Assembly (NCBI GenBank): GCA_040879725.1
Contig: JBBDJV010000018.1
Span: 16,748-80,747 of the forward strand
Source: Minisyncoccota bacterium
GTDB lineage: Bacteria > Patescibacteriota > Minisyncoccia > Phycocordibacterales > GCA-2401445
Length of the DNA stretch: 64,000 nucleotides
Reading direction: 5' to 3'
The notes under the pieces are model-generated. The model made no database searches. It worked only from the letters and a program-made list of their open reading frames with translations, and was not told the DNA's origin. The position numbers and the translations under genes are program-made. Shown one piece after another: positions 49,617 through 58,721 of this stretch (position 1 is its first letter; each line of letters begins with the position of its first letter).

Positions 49617-51761
49617 TTAAAACTCAACCTCTCGCAAAACACCAATAGTAAACTCAAAGTTTGTAAACTGCGGAACATATGTTTTCTTACCTTTCTTTCC
49701 TTTTGGACCAATAATCTTTTTAGGCGGAACGATAAATTCCAAAGCAACTTCTGTTTGCCCCAAACTCATTCCTTCTTCTATATCAATATAGGGATATCCT
49801 TCTGTTGTAGTACCAGTATTATTCACCAGATACACACCCTCCCTGTTAATGTCAGTCACTATAAGACGAACTCGCTCATCAATTCCTTCAGTAGCATGTA
49901 TCCGAACCTTGCTCTCACGCACACCTTCTTTAGGACGATACGCTCCCCACCGTTTTTTAATATCCAGAAAATCAGTTATTGGCTCCCATACAAATGACCC
50001 AATAGCAAAACGAGAAAAGTGATCAGTGGTGAAGGTTAGTGTCTTTAAATCAGTATCAAGTACTGAATCAATAACTCTCCACTCACTATCGATCGTATTA
50101 TAGTGAAAAACTCTCAAATCTTCCTCTGTTACATTTCCTTCAACGAGCAATGCCGGATCATACGTAAAGGTAACATCCACTAGGAAAGACTCGTTTGGAA
50201 TGCTTGATTCTATATCCCAAAATTCAGGTGTGAAATTTATTTTATCTGTATTGTTTCCGAAAGAAATATATTCACTATGTTTATCGACAGACAATGTTTC
50301 TCCCGGTGGCACATTCCCATGATAACTAAACTGCGTTGACTGGTTTTGGAATCCGTACACAATACGGTTTAATTCCAAAACTTTTTCAGTATAGTTGTCT
50401 ATTCCCGCCCATTCTATGGGATGATGAAAGCGTTCAATGCCTGAAACATCAAGGAAATAAGGACCACGAGGACCACTGTCTGAGTTGAGAAAATCAGTAA
50501 AGTCATGACCCCACTGACCTTTGTACTGCGTAAGCCAACCCACTTCATCTACCGTTGTGATATCTATTCTATAACCCAAGATATCTGAAGATATACTAAA
50601 CCCAAGTGATGAAGTAAGGTCATCTCTTATACCATCATCATGTACCCCATCATTGCCATTATTTGGATAATTTGCATGTGCTCCGAGCGCCACATAGCTC
50701 TTTACTTGTGTACCTTCTTTTTCTATTTCAGAGCTATTCCACTTTCTTCTCACAGAACCGTACGATTTGACTAACGTCTCTTCCCCCCTGTTATGATGCT
50801 GTGAATACGCTACAAACTTAGGTTTCTCAGTATCCTTTTCTAAAAATATGAATACCGATTCCCAATCGCCCTCATGATTGTTAAAACCACCGTGTTCCTT
50901 CCAATCATTAAATGCGTAGAAATACCAGTACTGAAGTACTATATATTCATGCTTAGTGCCTTCCCCATCAACAAAAGAATCCTCCATTTTGTACACATAG
51001 TACGTTGTAGTTGCGTACTCTTCCTCCACCAATGTTTGATACTTCGTTAAAGCATTGACAACATCTCCGTCCGCAAACGACAAATACCACTTTTCTGAAT
51101 TTTCTTCATCAGCAATACTCTCCATAGTCACCTCTCCCTCATTCAAAACAATTTCATTTATTGCTGTTCTGTCCCAGAGAGTACTCGTCGCCACAAACGC
51201 CTCTACATTCATAGGGAAAAAACGTTCATCCGGATGCATGAGTAAAATAGGTTCATATTTTAAAATGAGTGGATCAATCTCTGGCTCAGGTGGAGCATTG
51301 ATATCTTTTATCGTAAAGCGGATAGTTTGTATAGAATCCTCTTCCGCATGAGCTGTTTTTATTCCGAGCAAACGAGCGATATAGTATCGCGCATTCTTTT
51401 CTACCAGCACCGGTACATAACCTTCGTAAATATCAAGCTCGTATACACCCTCTTTATCCCAAGTAACCCATGTACCATCGTAGGCAACTATTTCCTTAGT
51501 AAACTCTCGGTTATTTGGGTTTGTATTGGGTTCTGGCAAGAAATATAAATCAGCTTTTACTGGACTACCGCTTTCGACGGCATACATTTCTCTTTCTTCA
51601 TTAAATGGAACCGAATACGTGCCATTATCCTCTATGACAATTCCTATTTCGGGGTTTTCTCCCCAGACTGCGTACGTGCTCGGAAACTGAGCGGAAACAA
51701 AAGCGATAGGAGTAAAAAAGAGGACTAAAAGTGCAAGGTATTCTATAGAAAATAAACGCAT
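49617..51761 (-). CDS. Large secreted protein with Vps62/NPP1-like domain
   Basis: KYEP.L.MHPDE.FFP; LQYWYFYAFND...NHEGDWE; GAHANY; TDHFSRFAI module. Confidence 0.75.
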   Translation of the reverse strand: MRLFSIEYLALLVLFFTPIAFVSAQFPSTYAVWGENPEIGIVIEDNGTYSVPFNEEREMYAVESGSPVKADLYFLPEPNTNPNNREFTKEIVAYDGTWVTWDKEGVYELDIYEGYVPVLVEKNARYYIARLLGIKTAHAEEDSIQTIRFTIKDINAPPEPEIDPLILKYEPILLMHPDERFFPMNVEAFVATSTLWDRTAINEIVLNEGEVTMESIADEENSEKWYLSFADGDVVNALTKYQTLVEEEYATTTYYVYKMEDSFVDGEGTKHEYIVLQYWYFYAFNDWKEHGGFNNHEGDWESVFIFLEKDTEKPKFVAYSQHHNRGEETLVKSYGSVRRKWNSSEIEKEGTQVKSYVALGAHANYPNNGNDGVHDDGIRDDLTSSLGFSISSDILGYRIDITTVDEVGWLTQYKGQWGHDFTDFLNSDSGPRGPYFLDVSGIERFHHPIEWAGIDNYTEKVLELNRIVYGFQNQSTQFSYHGNVPPGETLSVDKHSEYISFGNNTDKINFTPEFWDIESSIPNESFLVDVTFTYDPALLVEGNVTEEDLRVFHYNTIDSEWRVIDSVLDTDLKTLTFTTDHFSRFAIGSFVWEPITDFLDIKKRWGAYRPKEGVRESKVRIHATEGIDERVRLIVTDINREGVYLVNNTGTTTEGYPYIDIEEGMSLGQTEVALEFIVPPKKIIGPKGKKGKKTYVPQFTNFEFTIGVLREVEF

Positions 51762-51872
51762 GAAAAGTAGTATTAAGGGTAATATTTAAAATGTACTATA
51801 TTAGAGAGGTATTGCAACCCAAAGTATACACAGTGTATTTATTTTAAATTTTTAACCCTTAGAAGAACTCCC

Positions 51873-52436
51873 CTACAGCACAACGAGCGCAATAGATACA
51901 ACCGCGAGGATACCGAGGAAGTGGGAAATGAAAAATATTAGTGGAAGAAATCGAGGACTCACTTTAGATATACCGATGAGAAATAGTCCGAATTCATCGG
52001 GAAGAGGTGTCGCAACAAGAAACAAACCAAATGCAAATGCTACCCACTTTAGAAAACCATATTCAAACACTTTTATAATAGCCGTCCGAAACACTCTTTT
52101 TACAAAACCATCAATATATACCGTCAAATCTTTTCGTACGAAATGTATAATCAGCATATCAATAAGCATTGCACCGAGTGCACCAAAGAACGCCACATAT
52201 AGAGGGCTAAGCGACTGACTTATAGCAATGAGCGCCACTCCCGCGGGAGCAACAGTAAACACCGAGGTAAAGAATACTCCTGAAACAAAACTCGCAATAA
52301 CGAGCGAAAGAAATGACTCTCCGATAAATGATTCTATGATCCCCAGACGAACGAGAAGAATGGTAGCAACAATACTTGCTGTTACTATAAAAACATTCCG
52401 TACAAATCTTCCTAGGGAGAAATGATATAACTGCAT
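51873..52436 (-). CDS. Polytopic membrane protein
   Basis: G.FFTS.FT.APA, GA.GAM..D, ATPLPDE.G. Confidence 0.75.
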   Translation of the reverse strand: MQLYHFSLGRFVRNVFIVTASIVATILLVRLGIIESFIGESFLSLVIASFVSGVFFTSVFTVAPAGVALIAISQSLSPLYVAFFGALGAMLIDMLIIHFVRKDLTVYIDGFVKRVFRTAIIKVFEYGFLKWVAFAFGLFLVATPLPDEFGLFLIGISKVSPRFLPLIFFISHFLGILAVVSIALVVL

Positions 52437-52466
52437 CAGTTTATTTTATCACAGCGCACTACCTCC

Positions 52467-52512
52467 ATTCATAAAAAACACCCAAGGCAAACCTTGGGTG
52501 TTTTTTATGAAT
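52467..52512. terminator. Long inverted repeat / terminator
   Basis: ATTCATAAAAAACACCCAAGG-caaa-CCTTGGGTGTTTTTTATGAAT. Confidence 0.7.
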
Positions 52513-52531
52513 AATGAGATAAGAAGTGTTT

Positions 52532-52666
52532 CTACTTTTTAACCTCCTCGATAATTTCTTTTGCGCCATCTACCCCACTTTCAAGTGAGCGAGTTACCGC
52601 TTCTACTGCGTCCTCTCCGACATCCTGTGCCGCGTCGAGTGCGGAGTCACTTGAATAAAAGCTCAT
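52532..52666 (-). CDS. 44-aa acidic small protein (not in ORF track)
   Basis: MSFYSSDSALDAAQDVGEDAVEAVTRSLESGVDGAKEIIEEVKK*; followed by the 52467-52512 terminator. Confidence 0.45.
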   Translation of the reverse strand: MSFYSSDSALDAAQDVGEDAVEAVTRSLESGVDGAKEIIEEVKK

Positions 52667-52723
52667 TTTCTAGTATTTTAGTAGAACGTTTTTCCTTCGC
52701 ATATTCGGCGGGAGGAGGCGCAA

Positions 52724-52794
52724 TGCCGGTTCGTCTAATGGTAGGACACGCCCCTCTGGAGGGTGTAATTGGGGTTCGAGTCCCTGACCGGCAG
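52724..52794 (+). tRNA. tRNA-Gln(CTG)
   Basis: TGCCGGT/ACCGGCA acceptor stem; anticodon arm CGCCC-CT-CTG-GA-GGGTG; GGTTCGAGTCC T-arm. Confidence 0.95.
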
Positions 52795-52833
52795 CTAGAG
52801 CAGTTTCGGCTTCGGTGCGAAGCGCCGAAACGC

Positions 52834-53140
52834 AACTGGTCTTTGCCGTCAGGGACTCGAACCGAGGGCGCGCGAAGCCGGACAACGTCCGAGCGCCCGA
52901 GTGGGGGTCGAGCGAATGAGGTTTTTATGAGTACGCAGGACGAAATAAAAACCCATGAGAGTGACCGAGTCCCTGACCTAAAAGATTTGGGTTTCCAAGT
53001 ATCTGTTCGGCAGACATCTTGAGCTTGTCGAAAGAGAAATAAAAAACTTAGTAACTCGTGACCGAGTCCCTGACCAGAAGATTAAGAACGAGAAGTTTAC
53101 CCTGAGCTTACCGAAGGGAGTCCCTGACCGTCAACCAGTT
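52834..53140. repeat. Array of tRNA-Gln 3'-end copies (1 inverted, 3 direct) with REP-like palindromes
   Basis: Inverted TGCCGTCAGGGACTCGAACC 52844-52863; GTGACCGAGTCCCTGACC at 52961 and 53058; GAGTCCCTGACCG at 53118; TGAGCTTGTCGAA / CCTGAGCTTACCGAAGG. Confidence 0.8.
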
Positions 53141-53235
53141 CGCGCAAACTCGAAGAGTATGGCGGTCTCATGTGTTCAAAGAGGGCTGTAGGAAACTGCT
53201 TCAATAAGTTGTATTATTTGCGATATAATAAAATT

Positions 53236-53658
53236 ATGAGATTAATTCAAAAAACACTTCTTATTTCGACTGGACTTTTTGTGGTTGTTGTTATTGGTCT
53301 TCTTGTTTATTTTGAAAATAATAAAGAGTTCGAGCCAACAATATCTATAGATGATGTCGAGATAAGAAACGAGTACCTAAAATTAAGGGAGTTTCCTTAT
53401 TGGACTTTTGTTGGAGAAGCAAAAAATAATTCCTCCACTACTGTAGACTCTCTATCCTTTAAGATTAGGGCCTATGATTGCCCGACCGATACAGTAGGAC
53501 CTGATTGTGAAATTATTGGTGAGGAAGTTGTGAACACATATGTAACTATACCAGAAGGACAGGTAAGGCGTTTTGTAGATATGGTAACTTTTACTGATAT
53601 GCCAGTGCCCAAGAACGAATTTAAATGGGCATATGAACTTATTAATATTGGGCTCTAA
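53236..53658 (+). CDS. Membrane-anchored protein, FxLYD-like Ig domain
   Basis: TM; GEAKNNS...I.AYD...IIG.......IP.GQ.R.F. Confidence 0.65.
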   Translation: MRLIQKTLLISTGLFVVVVIGLLVYFENNKEFEPTISIDDVEIRNEYLKLREFPYWTFVGEAKNNSSTTVDSLSFKIRAYDCPTDTVGPDCEIIGEEVVNTYVTIPEGQVRRFVDMVTFTDMPVPKNEFKWAYELINIGL

Positions 53659-53670
53659 TAATTCTTTACC

Positions 53671-53898
53671 ATGAAATCTAAAAGACTATTTATCTTTATC
53701 ATAATCAGTATTTTGTTAATTATGACAGGCGTTATTTATTTTAGAGAACCAGCTGTAGATAACTCATCAGATGATTTTGACCCATCAATTTATTTTGAGG
53801 GTGAACCAGTAACTCAAGAGGAGATAGACAGCGTTCTTTCTCCAGAAGAACAACAAGAGATTGAGCGAATTTACAATGAAACAAATGTATCCGAGTAA
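53671..53898 (+). CDS. Small membrane-anchored acidic protein
   Basis: N-terminal TM, acidic tail. Confidence 0.6.
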   Translation: MKSKRLFIFIIISILLIMTGVIYFREPAVDNSSDDFDPSIYFEGEPVTQEEIDSVLSPEEQQEIERIYNETNVSE

Positions 53899-53909
53899 AC
53901 CTTTGTGTT

Positions 53910-54182
53910 ATGGCCTTAGATATAAATAGAATTACAGAGCAGTATAATTTCTCAGAAAACGAAAAGAAAATCATGAGTGATTCGGGAACAGCTAATACTG
54001 CTGCCATGAATCAATCGCGCATAGTTTCTGAGTTTATTTTGGCAAAGAAAATTGATATAGCTACAGATAGAATGATTGAGTCTAACAAAAAATTGTCGGA
54101 GTCTAATGAGAAATATTCTAAGGCGATGCTGTATCTCACTGGTGCGTTAGTATTTGTAGGAATTGTTCAGATTTTCTTTTAG
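53910..54182 (+). CDS. Hypothetical protein with C-terminal TM
   Basis: Helical region with SNKKLSESNEKYSK, then LT.ALV.VG..Q anchor. Confidence 0.65.
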   Translation: MALDINRITEQYNFSENEKKIMSDSGTANTAAMNQSRIVSEFILAKKIDIATDRMIESNKKLSESNEKYSKAMLYLTGALVFVGIVQIFF

Positions 54183-54251
54183 GTATTGGTTCTTGCAAGT
54201 ATTTAATACTAGGTGAGATTGCTTTATTATTTAATTCAATAAAATAAATAC

Positions 54252-54770
54252 ATGAGAGTAGCAATCGGCACAACAAGTGAACTAAAAATTAGATCTTTAG
54301 AGAATGCTTTGTATAAACTCCAAATTAAAGCGGAGATACACTCTATAAAAACAGACTCTGGTGTTTCTAATCAACCATTTGGTTATAAAGAAACTACCCA
54401 AGGTGCGAAAAATAGAGCAAAGCATGCACTTGAGAGTGATAGTTTCGATATTGGTTTTGGTATTGAAAATGGACTTATTGAAATAGAAGGAAACTTTTTT
54501 GATATTGCCTGTGTTTGTATAAAAACAAAAGAAGGAGAAGAATCTATATCATACAGCTCAGGATATTTCACTCCACAATGGATTGTAGAAGAGATAAAAG
54601 AGAAACACACTGATTATGGACACATAACACAGAGATTATCTGGTGACACAGACAAAGATCCAATCAAATATTTTTCTGGAGGAAAAGTTAAAAGAGAGGA
54701 ATTGTTATCACAGGCAATAGAAATTGCTCTGATAAAAATACTTAATAAGGCTAGGTATGCAAAACAATGA
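54252..54770 (+). CDS. Non-canonical purine NTP phosphatase (YjjX/DUF84)
   Basis: IGTTS..K, SGVSNQP, ET.QGA.NRA, GIENG. Confidence 0.88.
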   Translation: MRVAIGTTSELKIRSLENALYKLQIKAEIHSIKTDSGVSNQPFGYKETTQGAKNRAKHALESDSFDIGFGIENGLIEIEGNFFDIACVCIKTKEGEESISYSSGYFTPQWIVEEIKEKHTDYGHITQRLSGDTDKDPIKYFSGGKVKREELLSQAIEIALIKILNKARYAKQ

Positions 54771-54868
54771 AAATGAAACACAAAAAATTTACCCCCCCCT
54801 TTTTGAAATTAAAAGTTGCCAACCCAACTCCCCTATACTACACTTAGAAATATAAATAATTTCGTTAT

Positions 54869-55105
54869 ATGGATCTGGATATTTTATTCAATATATTTCC
54901 AAGAATTTTCGCAGTAATAGTTATTGGAGTTATTTTTTTCCTCATCTTTCGAGAACTTGTGACGTGGTATTGGAAATTAAACAGAATAATTGAGTTATTA
55001 GAAGAAATAAAAGAAAACACGAGACCGAAAGAAAAAAACCCTCCTAACACTGAGTTAGATAACGATACTCCCACTGATACCAAGACTAAGCAAAAATGGT
55101 GGTAA
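54869..55105 (+). CDS. Small membrane protein
   Basis: FLIFRELVTWYWKLN.IIELLEEI. Confidence 0.7.
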   Translation: MDLDILFNIFPRIFAVIVIGVIFFLIFRELVTWYWKLNRIIELLEEIKENTRPKEKNPPNTELDNDTPTDTKTKQKWW

Positions 55106-55175
55106 GCACATCTTTTGAGATATCGCTTCTATTATAGAAAACATTCAACTAAGCTACTCGTGCTAAAATTCAAGC

Positions 55176-55916
55176 ATGGAAAGATATACGAAATTCAAAA
55201 CAAAAGACGATCATGTTATTTATGGGATTTTAAATACTTCAAATAGAAGCTCAGAAACGCTCGCTATTTTTGTTCACGGGCTAACAGGACACCCAAATGA
55301 ACACACCTTTTTCAACGCTTCACGTCTGTTTCCCAAAAAAGGAATAGATGTTTTTCGTTTTTATCTTTACGCTGGGGAAAAAGGAGGACGGAAACTAAGT
55401 GAATGTACTATTGCAACCCACGCAAAAGATTTAGACACGGTAATTTCACATTTTAGAAAAAAATATAAAACTATCGCGGTCATTGGTCATAGTTTAGGTG
55501 GTCCGACTATTCTTAAATCGGATTTTTTAAGAGTAGATAACATCATCTTGTGGGATCCGTCCTGTCACACTCAGAGTAAAAAATATCTGCCCAAAAAAGT
55601 AAGAATGGATAATCGAGAGGTGTGTATAGACGAATGGGGAACGGAATTTTTAGTTAATCCAAAAATGTTTGAGGAATTGTTTTGGTTTAATGGAAAAAAC
55701 GAAATCGATCTGATACGAAAGATACGTGTTCCATTCAAAGTTATTGTTGCAGGTAAAACAGCATCCTTAAACAAAGGAGGTAAAATATATTGCGATAATG
55801 CAAATGGACCAAAAGAGCTTGTGGTAATCAAAAAAGCCGGACACACTTTCGATGAAGAAGGAGTTGAAGAAAATCTTTTGAGTGAAACCTTGAGCTGGAT
55901 AAAGAAATATTCTTAA
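55176..55916 (+). CDS. Alpha/beta hydrolase
   Basis: VHGLTG, GHSLGG, AGHTF. Confidence 0.88.
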   Translation: MERYTKFKTKDDHVIYGILNTSNRSSETLAIFVHGLTGHPNEHTFFNASRLFPKKGIDVFRFYLYAGEKGGRKLSECTIATHAKDLDTVISHFRKKYKTIAVIGHSLGGPTILKSDFLRVDNIILWDPSCHTQSKKYLPKKVRMDNREVCIDEWGTEFLVNPKMFEELFWFNGKNEIDLIRKIRVPFKVIVAGKTASLNKGGKIYCDNANGPKELVVIKKAGHTFDEEGVEENLLSETLSWIKKYS

Positions 55917-56093
55917 CACCTTCCTCTTTACCATTTCCCTTACTCCCCTAGTTTTTTAGATAGGTATCTATGCCCCAAAGCTGGGAATTTTAAGATGTGC
56001 TGACAACACCGTTGTAATATATTTATCCCATGAACGTCTTGTATATATAGGTACGTAGGTACGGAAAATTATTATTATTAAAAAAACATAGAT

Positions 56094-56225
56094 ATGCTTT
56101 GGACAATTACAATAATACTCCTTATTTTGTGGCTTCTCGGTTTCAGCTTCAATGTAGGTGGAAATCTTATTCATACACTCTTGGTAATAGCGCTCATTTT
56201 GTTTATCGTGCGGCTACTAACATAA
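56094..56225 (+). CDS. lmo0937/DUF5670-like small membrane protein (not in ORF track)
   Basis: MLWTITIILLILWLLGFSFNVGGNLIHTLLVIALILFIVRLLT*. Confidence 0.85.
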   Translation: MLWTITIILLILWLLGFSFNVGGNLIHTLLVIALILFIVRLLT

Positions 56226-56281
56226 GAATGCGTACAAAGAATAATTAGTTGAAACAATAATTACAATAATACAAAAAACAT

Positions 56282-56641
56282 ATGGACTCTTACAATTCAC
56301 ACTCAACAAAACCAATCTACCGAGGCACACAAATTGTGTGGTATGTACTTGGTTTTCTGGAAATTCTCTTAGCCTTTAGATTTATACTTAAAGCAATGGG
56401 GGCAAACGCAACTGCTGGTTTTTCAAATTTCATTTATACAGTGACCTCATTCTTCACCGCCCCATTTTCAGCTGTTTTTGGAACAAGTGGCACTCAAGGA
56501 AACATCTTTGAATGGACAACTCTTTTGGCAATGCTCGTCTATTGGGTTATCGCCATCGGTATCATCCGCATCTTCCTTATGAGCAGGTCTGTGTCTACGA
56601 GAGAAGCTGCCACAAACCTCGACAATGGAGATACTGTCTAA
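56282..56641 (+). CDS. YggT family membrane protein
   Basis: LLAFRF.LK..GAN...F..FIY.VT..F.APF..VF. Confidence 0.85.
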   Translation: MDSYNSHSTKPIYRGTQIVWYVLGFLEILLAFRFILKAMGANATAGFSNFIYTVTSFFTAPFSAVFGTSGTQGNIFEWTTLLAMLVYWVIAIGIIRIFLMSRSVSTREAATNLDNGDTV

Positions 56642-56981
56642 GGTACTTCTGTACATTTGGTTATAAAGTCAGATGTTGTGATACTCTATAGGTACAAAAT
56701 ACTTCGACCCGACTCTGTCGAAAGGCAGAGGTAACAAGAAAAATTCAAGGTAACAACACCTTGATTTTTTTTGTTAGGGTAGCAAAGTCTTTTTACTTAC
56801 ATTAATTTCGAGCTTGTGACTCAGGCGTCTTGCATCTAGCGGAATAAATTGTACTTAGAGAAAGAGCAGTCTTCCCCTTTTCCTCTTCCTTGGTCGCCTA
56901 AAATCCTTCAGGAAGATATCGGGATGTTCAGGTAAGTAGCGGTGTATACTATACAAATGGTGAACGGTATTCTACAAAAAT

Positions 56982-57836
56982 ATGATAAGTAAGAAATTAC
57001 TCCTGAGTATTGGAGGATTCATAGTATTTATTGGTATTTTAATTACATCAGGTAGTCAGTCTAAATTCGTTGTGACTGAAGTTCCTAACGAAAGTATTAA
57101 AGAAGATTCTATGTCTGAACCTGTTACAGAAGTAGAGATCGCACAATCTGTAGAGCAAAAAGAGACCGCCCAAGAAACAGAAGTAAAAAAGGAAGAAACA
57201 TACAAGGTTATAAAAGTTGTTGATGGAGATACGTTGGCGGTTAGCATTGAGGGTATTTCAACAACCATACGCCTTATCGGACTAGACACACCAGAGACGG
57301 TAGATCCAAGAAAACCCGTACAGTGCTTTGGAGTTGAAGCATCAAATAAAGCAAAGGAGTTGCTTACCGGTCAGAATGTAAAACTAGAGTATGATACTTC
57401 TCAGGGAACGTATGACAAATACGATAGATTACTTACGTACGTATACTTACCCGACGGAAGGTTATTTAATAAACTCATGATTGCTGAGGGGTACGGATAT
57501 GAATACACCTATGCTATTCCATACAAATATCAAAAGGAGTTTAAGGAAGCTGAGTTATTCGCACAAGAAAACAAAAAAGGACTGTGGGCGGAGGGTGTTT
57601 GTGAAGAGGAGACTTTAGAGGTATCACCCCCTACCCCAGCCCAAGCACAAGAGACTTCAGGTAGTTCATATGGCGAAGAGTATACCTGCTCATCAAATGC
57701 ATACAATTGCACAGATTTTTCTACACACAGCGAAGCACAACATGTCTACCAACTATGTGGAGGAATAACTAATGATATTCACAGACTTGACCGAGACAAA
57801 GATGGTGATGCGTGTGAAAGCTTACCGCAATTCTGA
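56982..57836 (+). CDS. Membrane-anchored thermonuclease (SNase) with Excalibur-like C-terminus
   Basis: VVDGDT, RLIGLDTPE, DKYDRLL.YV, GLW; NC.DF...LDRDKDG.ACE. Confidence 0.93.
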   Translation: MISKKLLLSIGGFIVFIGILITSGSQSKFVVTEVPNESIKEDSMSEPVTEVEIAQSVEQKETAQETEVKKEETYKVIKVVDGDTLAVSIEGISTTIRLIGLDTPETVDPRKPVQCFGVEASNKAKELLTGQNVKLEYDTSQGTYDKYDRLLTYVYLPDGRLFNKLMIAEGYGYEYTYAIPYKYQKEFKEAELFAQENKKGLWAEGVCEEETLEVSPPTPAQAQETSGSSYGEEYTCSSNAYNCTDFSTHSEAQHVYQLCGGITNDIHRLDRDKDGDACESLPQF

Positions 57837-57910
57837 AATTCAAAAGAAAATGGAACCAACAGAAATTACCTAGGTACAAAAACCTGGTAAAAAGATATAA
57901 TCATTAGGTA

Positions 57911-58609
57911 ATGTCTGAAGAACACTCAAAGCAGAAAAAATCAGAACTTTACTCGGCACTAGTTTGGATACTCGGTGGTTTATCTCTGGTTGCGTATTGT
58001 ATCATTGGACTTTTAAATGCTTCGATTCCCGGAGTCGAAGACCTTGTCACTTTTTTATCTACAGTAGAAGGAAAGCATATATACGTTGCTGCATTTATTT
58101 CAATTTTTGTTGAGGGACTTTATTTTATCGGAAGTTTCTTTCCTGGATCAACATTGGTTGTTATTCTCGTGGTCCTTTCTCAACTAGGAGGAATACCAGT
58201 ATTTATTGGAACAATTCTCGCTGTTTTTACAGGATGGTGCGTTGCGGGTATTGTTAATATTTGGCTAGCAAAAACATATCGTTTAAAGATTGCCCGTCTT
58301 CAAGAAAATGATACATATAAAATTAAGGATAATTTACCAACAACATGGTTCCCTGCATTCCGAGCAAACTACGAAGTAGCGCAGATAACTTATGGCGGAA
58401 ACCCATTTAAAGTCTTTCTTTCTTCAGTCCGAGTAAAACTCTGGTCCACTCTCGTTGCAACACTATGTATTCTTAGCATCTCATTATTTATAAGTATTGA
58501 AGATATAAGCAATGAAGAAGGATTTGCTACAGTTATACTGGTTGCGATAATTAATTTTATAGTTGGTGGCGTTAAGTTAAAAAACTATTTTAGAGATACG
58601 AATACCTAA
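57911..58609 (+). CDS. DedA-like membrane protein
   Basis: FVEGL..IGSFFPGS; multiple TM segments. Confidence 0.7.
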   Translation: MSEEHSKQKKSELYSALVWILGGLSLVAYCIIGLLNASIPGVEDLVTFLSTVEGKHIYVAAFISIFVEGLYFIGSFFPGSTLVVILVVLSQLGGIPVFIGTILAVFTGWCVAGIVNIWLAKTYRLKIARLQENDTYKIKDNLPTTWFPAFRANYEVAQITYGGNPFKVFLSSVRVKLWSTLVATLCILSISLFISIEDISNEEGFATVILVAIINFIVGGVKLKNYFRDTNT

Positions 58610-58721
58610 ACTCACTTCTTCATCAATTTTCTTTTGTATGTATTCTAGTGAATGAAAATAATTTTTCCAAAGAAAAAGGACCCAACCGCAGAGCTGGGTC
58701 CTTGTAAGCAAGATTCCTGTG

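Noticed and set aside
52561-53022. ORFs overlapping tRNA-Gln
   Set aside because: Spurious frames across the tRNA and GC-rich repeats.
52834-53140. CRISPR array or prophage att site
   Set aside because: Repeats are 12-18 bp tRNA fragments with irregular spacing; no cas, integrase or phage genes nearby.
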